DNA from: Phoronis australis
Lineage: Eukaryota > Animalia > Phoronida
Length of the DNA: 64,000 nt
Direction of reading: 5' to 3'
Assembly: GCA_002633005.1 (NCBI GenBank)
Contig: NMRA01000181.1
Coordinates: 630,959 to 694,958, forward strand
Notes under the pieces: model-generated
What the model saw: the letters and a program-made list of their open reading frames with translations, nothing else
Databases searched by the model: none
What the model was told of the DNA's origin: nothing
Part shown: piece by piece, positions 40,601 to 49,600 of the stretch
Numbering within the stretch: the stretch's first letter is position 1
How the letters are laid out: each line of letters starts with the position of its first letter
Position numbers and translations under genes: made by a program

Positions 40601-43600
40601 AGTGGCTGGGAGCCGTGGAGTAAATGTTCGGTGTCTTGCGGCACTGGGTTACAATTCAGAGAGCGTGTGTGCAGAAACGGTGACATGGTCGGAAATTGTA
40701 CAGGAAACGCACGGGAGACCAGGAAATGCTCGGAAACGCAGTGCAGTTCAAACAGTAAGTAAATGCTCCATAGAAATGGATTACAGGCAAAAATGATAGC
40801 TAAAGGACGTTGTGAGGCGGATGAGCTAATCAAGCTTTCAGGGGCGGATCCAGGATTTTTATTAAAAAGGGGTGTCCAAGTTAACAATTTTAAAAATCTA
40901 GATTTGATATCTGTAAAATCAAGGGAAAGAGGGTACGGACTCCCTTGCCTTTCCCCTTTGATTTGCCTAATGTGATTAGAAAATAATGCACGAAACTGCT
41001 TTACGCAGCTTCTTAGCTCCTTTGAGGTCTGTCCAGAGAGAGACCGGGTTGGTGTCATCGCCTAACGTTCTTTGCGCCTCGGGTTGGACGTTGTGTTTAG
41101 CAAACAAACCGTTTGGGAAGCGACATAAATGCAACATAAAACACTAAGGAAGGGAAATGATATTTAGGACGCCTTAAATTTCACAGATGACTATTTTCTT
41201 CAAAATGGTAGAGAAAATGCTACGGGGTAGAGACCCTGGTTACGCAAGGCATGTCACCATACATTTCACGTGCAACTGCAACTCACCCACAAAGAACCGC
41301 TTTGCTTGTCTTAGGTGCGGACAGACTAGTTTACAATAGTTCGTTGTCTGCCGCTCCCCATGTCTCTCTCCTTTCTGTGTGTTCACTATGCCTTCTTGCT
41401 TGCCTATATACACTTCTGCGGTGCACACTTGGTCGTAACTCAATGACGTGGTGAACAAGCCATAGTTCCAGGCTCGAAGCCAGAAGATTTTGTGAATTTT
41501 AATTTCATTTCCAAACTCCGCTGTGGAGTTTATTCACTTAGCTATTTCAGTGGAGAAGCGATACCAACATAAAATTGTTTGTTCTTTTTTGGACCACGGC
41601 ATTACTGCGGCATTTTGCTGATGGAGTAAATGAATTGAATGAGTGACAAGCCGCCTTACTAGTATGTCATGATACTTGTTAACCTTCCGCAAGAAACTGT
41701 GCAAAAATACCTCAGAACCATACTTCTCTATACAATCTAGCTTACTAATGAAGTTGTGTCCTGAATTGAAAGTGGCGTTCTTTATATTTCAGCCAAACTA
41801 CAATGTGACAGTGGGCGTGTTGAAGTTACATTTGTTATCGACGGTTCCAGCAGCATTTATCCCGAGGATTTCAATCTTCAAATCGACTTCTTCAAGCAAC
41901 TCATTGATATCCTTGATGTGGCACCAAATAAAACTCAGGTAGGTGTGTTGAGATATCTAAGTTCACCGTATCCATACTTTAAAGCACATTAAAAAAGTAT
42001 CTGAGTTTTCTTTTAAATTATTTCGGTAATTTCCATTTATATGAAGACTCGGGGAAAATTTTTGTTGTGACGAATAATGCAGAATCATTGTGTGATTTTA
42101 AAGGATAGCACTGCTTCAGTTTTGTAGCTTGAAAGCTCAGAATAAAAGAGGAGACACGTTTAGTTTCAGTAAAGAACACCAAGGACAGGTGTTACGGTTT
42201 TGATCTTTTAACAAGATATTGTAAAACTGTGACCAACAGATAGAGAAAATGGAGACAATATCTGTATTGGATCCTTAGAACCTGCAGTATTATGTATACT
42301 CACCTCGACGCCAATGGACGTCCGATGTAACAGTACAGTTCTCGAATAGGAAGCACTACTTTGACATGCTTTCAGGTTGCGGCCATATCATACGCGGATT
42401 ATCCCACTGTTGAGTTTTATCTGAACGAATACACTGACGGCGAGACCGTAAAGAGAGCCCTGGATCGAATTTCACAAGAGGGAGGCGGCACCAACACAGG
42501 TGGCGCTATTACAACTATTGTTCACGACATTCTTAGGGTTGAACACGGTGCGCGACAAGGCGTCCCGCGTGTTGGTGTAGTTGTGACAGACGGTCAAAGT
42601 AACGATCCGGGGTATACGTCAGAACAGGCGAAACAGGTAAGACTACATTTGATTGTTAATGAAATTTGAAGACACATGGTTTCATCGTAGTTCTTTTGAA
42701 AAGCTTCAATAAATGTTACCTGTAAGGTAATCAAGTATCTAAAACATAAAAGCACTGCCGCAAAATAAGACATTTTCAACGGGAGGTGTAGGCTCGAATT
42801 GCCGACCGGGGTATGAAGCGAGTGCAGGGATGCCTATGTTTGGAGTCAACGGCAGGGCGGGGGTTAGGCTAAAATTTGAACTGGTCAACCGTGGTAACCT
42901 AAGTGCCCCTCCCCGTGGCTACGTCAGTGCTTCAGAGGTTTCTGGTATTGCCTTAGTCTATTATTTTACATACACTTTGCTGTGGTTTTGTCTTTACAGG
43001 CTAAAGAGGCAGGCATCTATCTGTTCGCTATCGGGGTTGGGAATGGCATAGATAGAAGAGAGCTACTCCAGATAGCTGGCGAAAACGTATTCATAGCGTC
43101 CAGTTTCAGCGTTCTCGAAGACGTCAAGCAAAACTTTATCAGAACAACACAAAAGGCCTGCTCAGGTAGTCAGTACTTACACAAACGCATTAGGATTTTT
43201 GATACGTTTTTTCAATCTTTTTTAGTTTTCTTTTATTTCACCCAGAAATGTTTAAATCCCTTTATTTAATTGGCCTCAAACACGCGTATTGCGATAACGA
43301 AATGCACTTTTTTGCCGCCAAAGCCCGCCAAAAACACAAAATTAAACAAAAACCAGAATTAGCACGTACTGTGCTTGGCATACTTCCCATGAATGCTTGT
43401 ACTACAACTCTGCAGGTTTGTTGAAGCATGCCATGACCTAAGATAGACAAATGTCCGAATCCCCGACCTTTCCAACTTCCGATTAAAATAGTTGGTCATC
43501 CCAGGCATGTCTCCTGTCCACGTCTTCCCAATAAATAAATCACTCGTTTTACTGCATGTCTCCTCCGTGTAACTTACTATTTGTTCATTTGGCTTACAGC

Positions 43601-46600
43601 TCTGTGGAACAAGCCTCTTCCAGGTAGGTAATAAAATATTTTTGTTGGCAGTAAATATTTTATCGGTAAATAAAAACATCACAAACTCTAATTGGCCCAT
43701 TAACAAAACAAAGTGATTAGCATGAGTTAGGTCAACGAACATTGGAATTTTCAATAAGATCACCATCTTCCATTCGTTTACAATTGGCTAAGAAACAACT
43801 TTTGAAGCACCTTTAGTAGACTGGAATTACTTCAATTTTGAGAATGCTGAAATATCGAAAATGCGATGTGGTTGAAACTAACTAGAATAAGGTATCAATA
43901 AATTCTGACGTGGATTTTATGCCTATGGCTAAACTTGGCAGGAACATGCGGCTTGTGACTTAAGTGGTTTGTCATGATTTCCCGCCAGAGGACGGGCAGT
44001 GGTCAGAGTGGAGTGAGTACGGACCTTGTTCTGTCACCTGCGGACTTGGAATGAAAGCGCGGTCACGCACGTGCGACAACCCACCGCCAAAATACGGCGG
44101 GCGCAGCTGCACAGGCAAGGCCAGCATGATAACGACTTGCCTTGAGACGGACTGTCCGCGTAAGTGTCAATTTTTGTGCTAATTGGTGACATTTGGGTAG
44201 CTTTAGCTTGCAATAAAAACGGTATTTGGAGTAGACATTAGCTTCACAAAGCACAGCAACGCGATTTGTGATGTTACATTTACAAGTGTTGTTTTAAAAT
44301 CGATTTAAGTGCTCCCTAGTTATATTTTTACAATACTGATTATTTTCATAGTTCTAAAATAAAGTGAAGCTTATTTTCATTCAAGTTTGTTTTATTGATT
44401 TCAACGTTATCAGATTCAAAAGAGAATCATACTCTTCTGGTTCGTTCTGACGGATATTTTGAACTGAGAGTTAAGTTCAGTGCTCGCCTGATTTCCTAAA
44501 GAACAAGTACCCAATCCAATAATTCAGTACATGTTCTACAAATAAACAAAACATTGTTTTAAAAGTTAAAAAATAGCAGCTCTAGCATGTAAAATATTTC
44601 CCTGGTACTGCCTGTACTAATGTACAAAACTTTGGCCACAATATTCGGTGCACTTTATGAAAATGAGTCTACAGTTATCCATTTGCTTAATCCAGTTCTA
44701 AAATAGCTCGTTTTGTTGGACATTGCAGCTGGAATTTGCAGCGCTGGTATTGATTTGGTTTTCGCTGTTGACGCCTCAAGCAGTATGTGGGGAGACGCCT
44801 TTAAGAACTTACTCAGCTTTGTTGTTCGCATCAGAAATGAATTTTACAGCTACTCCAATGCACTTATTCAGGTTAGGTATAATTCCTGCATTTTACACCT
44901 ATTCCAATTCATAGTCTTTAGGTTAGGGTTTATTAGAGCATTTTCGAACCGTATTTATGAATAAACTATAGACCTTAAATAACAATTACGACGACAAGGA
45001 TGGACGACGACGACGGTGACCGACGCAACCGTCTCGTGGATTTTTGCTATTACGGGAAAGAAGTGTCTAAGTTCGACATTCGGTCGAAGTTACTGTCCGT
45101 TTGTTGCGAACAATGCAATACCTCCAGTTCCGGCTACGTAGGTCCTTTTCATTAGTCTGTGCATTGAGCAAAATGTCTAGAAAAGTATAAATTTACACTC
45201 ATTAAAAGTGTGTGTATTTTCTGAAAGTAGAAAGGCTTCGGAATGGGATTTTTAACTTTTTAGCAAACTTATTAGTTGGGTCACTTGACCATGTCTTTTT
45301 ACTAATAGTAAAATTTAGCAAAAAAGAAATGTACATTGATAGCAAAACAACGGTGTCAATCACACAATCAAATTTTATTTGATATAAATGTTCAAGGTGA
45401 GATATCAAAAACGCTGATACAGTTAATTTCTAAAATATTATTTCGTTTTCGTTTTTATTATCAACTTCAAAGATTTTTCATGAAGATCATAAAAGTACTA
45501 ATAAAAGGAACAATGCTAAAACAACTCCTAAAAGCCTTTTTAAGAATTTGCATAAAGCATTGTATTCGAAAATCTCATAAGAATCCAATCTGTAGTTTCT
45601 AAAATATGATGTTCCGTACTTGTCAAATTTGACCATTTTCGTAGGGTCCAACGTAACGTTAGAAAAGCGGTTGTAAACTCATTCCGCATAAGCCATATGT
45701 CTCGTATTCTTGATTGTTTTTCACCATAGTATAATTATAGTATAGTATAGTATAGTATAGTATAATTATCACTAGGTATAATTATCACTAGGTATAAACT
45801 TCAAAGATTTTTCATGAAGATCATTAAAGTACTAATTCTTGATAGCAAAAAGGAACAATGCTAAAACAACTTCTAAATGTACATAAGGCATTGTATCCGA
45901 AAATCTCATAAGAATCCAATCAGTCGTTTCTAAAATATGATGTTCCGTACTTGTCAAATTTGACCATTTTCGTAGGGTCCAACGTAACGTTAAAAGCGGT
46001 TATAAACTCATTCCGCATAAGCCATATGTCTCGTATTCTTGATTGTTTTTCGCCATAGTATAAGTATAGTATAGTATAATAAAATTATCACTAGGTATAA
46101 TTATCATTAGGTATAAACCATAATAAAGTAACAGTTTTCTGATTGGATTGCATCCTCAATTTTTATTTCTGTAGGTTGGCATGGTGACATTTGCCGGTAC
46201 TCCTCATATAGAATTCTATCTGAACACTTACAATAACTACTCGAGCGTAACCAAGGCTATTGAACAAACGGAGCAAAAAGGCACGGGCACCAACATCACC
46301 GGGACGATCAACTTAGTACGCACAAAATTGTTCTCTGCAAAACACGGGTCTCGGAGGAAATCTGCCAAGATTGTGGTCTTGATAACGGAGAATAAATTGG
46401 AAAACAGATCTGGAGTTGCCTTAGAAAAGCGACTTGTGAGTAATTCAGTCGTTTGTTACAGTTTGGTGAATTTCACAAATTGTTTGAATTGAACAATATA
46501 TCATGGTGACTGTAGTGTCAAATTCGGCTCCGCTGCTGTATAACCAGAGAATTGAATACCGGGGTTTGCCCCTAGGCTTGTGCCAGTGAAACATTCCATT

Positions 46601-49600
46601 ATTTTTTCAGCGAAAACATCTAAGAGGTTTGAGCAAAACACCCACGCTAGGGCCAGATTTCCAAGACAAAACTTCTCGTCTTGCAGAATCTAAAACAGGA
46701 CCCAATTTTCTCGAAAAAAACATTCTGGATTTGGTTAAAATGTCCAGAAAATATGGGTTGGAAGGCGTTTCTTGACTAAATAGTGCCCTAAGACAGCGTG
46801 TACATAGGGAGGGGCAAAGGCAAAAATGAAATGAAATGAGTTTCGACCAGGTGAAGGCCTTTTTGCAATGAATAGATGGGTCAAGACCCAGTTGTGACCC
46901 CCGTGACTACGCCAGTAGGTACTGTTCGCAAATTTATTGCGAATTGTTATATTTATCAATTGTTCGCTAATTTAGCAAGTTGTATGTAAATAACCCGCTA
47001 GCATTTCTACTTCATCACATTTTTGATATTATACAATTATTATTCAGATATTCATAGAGGTCGATATGTTGATTTTAAGGAGCCTTGGTCATTATGATAC
47101 TTTTTTAATCTGAAAACCAACATATTGACCTCGGTGGAAGTCAATAATGATATAATATCGAGAATTGCCAATAAATTTAAAAACGGCACGCAAGTATCCC
47201 CCAATTTCTCCCAAGCCTTTCGTCACACTGAGATCGAGCATCCAATATGCTTTATATTATCATTGGAAGAAACGCTTGCCTGTAGTCTTTTTCAGTTGTA
47301 ATAATAACCTAGATGTTAGTCGTTGTAATGAAATTACACTTTTATCTGTACCTGTGCATTAATACACATGTTTTGCGAAATACCTTCAGGCTCGTGCACA
47401 GGGTATTGACCTGTACGCGATAGGCGTTGGTGAACGCGTGAACAGTACGGATCTGCGCGAGATTACCCATAGCAACAACGTGTTCTCAGCTTCGAATCAC
47501 GAAGGGCTTCGTCAAGTCCTGTTGTCTTTGCTTTCCCAAGTAAATAAACGATGCCCGTGTAAGTTCAAACACGCATGCCATGTTTAAATCGCCGATAAAC
47601 CCGCCTCACATCTCAAAAGACAAGCTTTGATTTAGATCACTTACCGTTTTGAATTTGGTCTCACATTATTCCTTAGTCACATCTGAAATGATTTCAGGAC
47701 TAAAAATGAACTGATGCTTAGATATTGCTCGAGACCACAGGCTCTACAAGCTGACTTGTCACAGCTTTTCATGTAAAATGCGCCGAGTATGCCCTTAAAG
47801 AATAACCAGTTGTTAGTGTTTGAAAATTAACAAATCCTTTCAATCTGATTTACGAACAAAACGAGCCCACTTTTACTTCGGTAAGTGGTCTCAGTCGAGC
47901 ATCAGCTTCCTTGTTGACTGGGAATGCGGGTTTATGCTGTTTCAATTAAAATTTAGAAATTGGAGTTTTTAATCAAGTGGAAGAGCAGGACAAAATAATA
48001 AAAGAAATCTTGAAAACGGCATCTATTTTGGGTAATCACTGTTTTTTGATAGTGATAAAGGCAAATTATCGAGAAAGTTATTTTCAGCTGACCGAGATCT
48101 GCGATAAATGAAAGTCATACAATGTCTTACCATACCTGTACGCGGAATGATATACACTACGAAATGTCATACGACGGTTTGTTTCTCCGACTGTATGTCA
48201 TTCTGTGGGTAGTTTACACGTTTCTGTGATTTGAAGTGTAAATGAATTGTAGTATAAGTTGGAATTTATGCTCCACTAATGCATGCTTCTATTAAAAATA
48301 GTTTTTAGTTGTGTTGATGGTATTAGGCCCCAGTGATGATCAGAACGAATTACCCATATATGTACGTAAAAGTCATGAAAAATCCGCAGCCTTGCTCGTA
48401 TGAATAGTAACACCTGGAGTTTCACAAAAATAGAGTATGAATTACAGTTAGTGTACAATGTTAAGTATACGTGCAAAATGCATGAATGGCTTTATATTCA
48501 TTTTGTGACTTCGTTTAAGTTATTTAAAATTATTTTGTAGTAGTTACAGCCAGCGCGCCCACTCGGAGGTCCGGTAAGTTTAATCAGTGGCTTCGAATCA
48601 TGCGAACGCACCCAAAAGAATCACTGATCCCAATGTGTTTGTTAACATGTCTAACTTTCTTTTTCTTCTGTTTTCAATATTGTAATTTGTGAATAAAAGT
48701 GTGCCTTTTAAACTTTAGTCACTTTTAGTCGTTTCCTCTCATTTCCAACTTTACTTGTCATTCCGTATTAACGTTGGTTTGTGAAAGTCTTCGTTTTGAA
48801 ACCAGTTCATGTATGTTAACCTACAGGTACTATTCGTACGTGTCCTGTCGGTGTAAAATTTGTCTGGTTTGAATGTCCATCTGTCTCTACCGTACTTTGT
48901 TCTTACACTGACAGTCTTGTACGTCGAATTTCCATGTGGGAACGTCTCGGTGTTATTGTATACAAACTTGTACATATATATGTATTTCAATTATTGTCGT
49001 GTTGTGAAAGTAATCCTACTTGCGGGATTTTTAATGTACGTGCATGAAAACGTGTTCCGTTACGGTGATCGTATCTACTCCAACGTCGCTGACGTGTTTG
49101 TTTACATCATGTGATTAATGTTCTTACTCTCTTGCAGCAGCAAATTCCTCTCGTCAATACGTGCATGCGCATGACGTTCTCCAGCACCACTATACATTTG
49201 TTGCATGCAATTTGACAATTCGCGATATGTTAACCCACGAGAACATTTTGTCCTACCCATAGTTTCCTTTATAACCTGCAATTAGACTGATCTAAATTTG
49301 AAACAGGATATACATCAAAGCTGCATTTCGGCCTGTTTAGCTGGCTAAAAAACGGAAATCGAATTAGCCTTTTTTTCCCATGAAATCCGTCTCATAATAG
49401 TCTTTATGGTGATAGCATTCTTTTTCCGTTACCAATTAAAGTCGCAGGCAGTGTGTACGTGCACCATTTCCTAATTCGCAATTTTAAGGCTGCCGCCAAC
49501 CCCAGTAAACCCTGAAGGATTTTTTGGGGTCGCTGATGGTTTCGATGTTCTTGTTTGTAAATCCCCGTTACGGTAACGAATATTATGAGATTGATTTTAT

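Noticed and set aside
40839-40972. cagggGCGGATCCAGG-type repeat fragment (also weak TIR candidates at ~1703-2181 and ~42753-42929)
   Set aside because: The right ends are too decayed and no TSD is visible, so I cannot support boundaries.
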